A stretch of 15,646 nucleotides of DNA from Bdellovibrionia bacterium (GTDB lineage Bacteria; Bdellovibrionota; UBA1018), in contig JBJMMA010000157.1 in the NCBI GenBank assembly GCA_045805065.1, forward strand, positions 1 to 15,646, written 5' to 3'. Both the position numbers and the translations under genes were made by a program. The number at the start of each line of letters is the position of its first letter. The stretch's first letter is position 1. The notes below the pieces were generated by a model. It did no database searches, was not told the origin of the DNA, and saw only the letters and a program-made list of their open reading frames with translations. Positions 15,592-15,646 of the stretch are shown here, in pieces.

Positions 15592-15646
15592 GCAAATCAC
15601 GGAACGTTTGAATCTCAGCTAAATCCCTCGCTGCGACTTCCTGTCG
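15557..15646 (-). CDS. Possible C-terminal end of a convergent gene entering from the right edge
   Basis: Open frame RQEVAARDLAEIQTFRDLLSRRREPWERS-stop. Only 30 codons are visible and it would overlap the prfC end by 35 nt. Confidence 0.25.
   Translation of the reverse strand, partial: RQEVAARDLAEIQTFRDLLSRRREPWERS

Noticed and set aside
1..15646. CRISPR array, tRNA/rRNA, transposase/integrase, phage or defence genes
   Set aside because: None seen. Nearly all of the sequence is accounted for by protein-coding genes with short spacers.

Overview
This is a gene-dense bacterial chromosomal window, roughly 50-55% GC by eye, with housekeeping and cell-envelope genes. The gene style suggests Bdellovibrionota/Oligoflexia, but that is an unverified inference. 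Left to right: partial sirtuin cobB (-), YoaK/DUF1275 membrane protein (+), Cys-rich lipoprotein and glutaredoxin (-), membrane-anchored orphan (-), VOC-family protein (+), a three-gene MacAB/LolCDE-like ABC module (adaptor, permease, ATPase; -), cyaY (-), YchJ/SEC-C protein (+), DegP/HtrA protease and a putative 8-stranded outer-membrane beta-barrel (-), OPA-family MFS transporter and RNase D (-), two tandem DUF3465-like secreted paralogs (-), an acidic orphan (-) and prfC (+). I saw no rRNA, tRNA, CRISPR array or mobile element. The most unusual observations are: (1) a periplasmic adaptor lacking the alpha-helical hairpin, in an ABC operon with no TolC gene; (2) a tandem duplication that kept a shared promoter-like block but carries a 21-bp-period direct repeat in one copy and a palindrome in the other; (3) a sigma54-like promoter ahead of a beta-barrel/DegP pair; (4) several genes with leaderless-mRNA signatures. 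None of these proves a new system.
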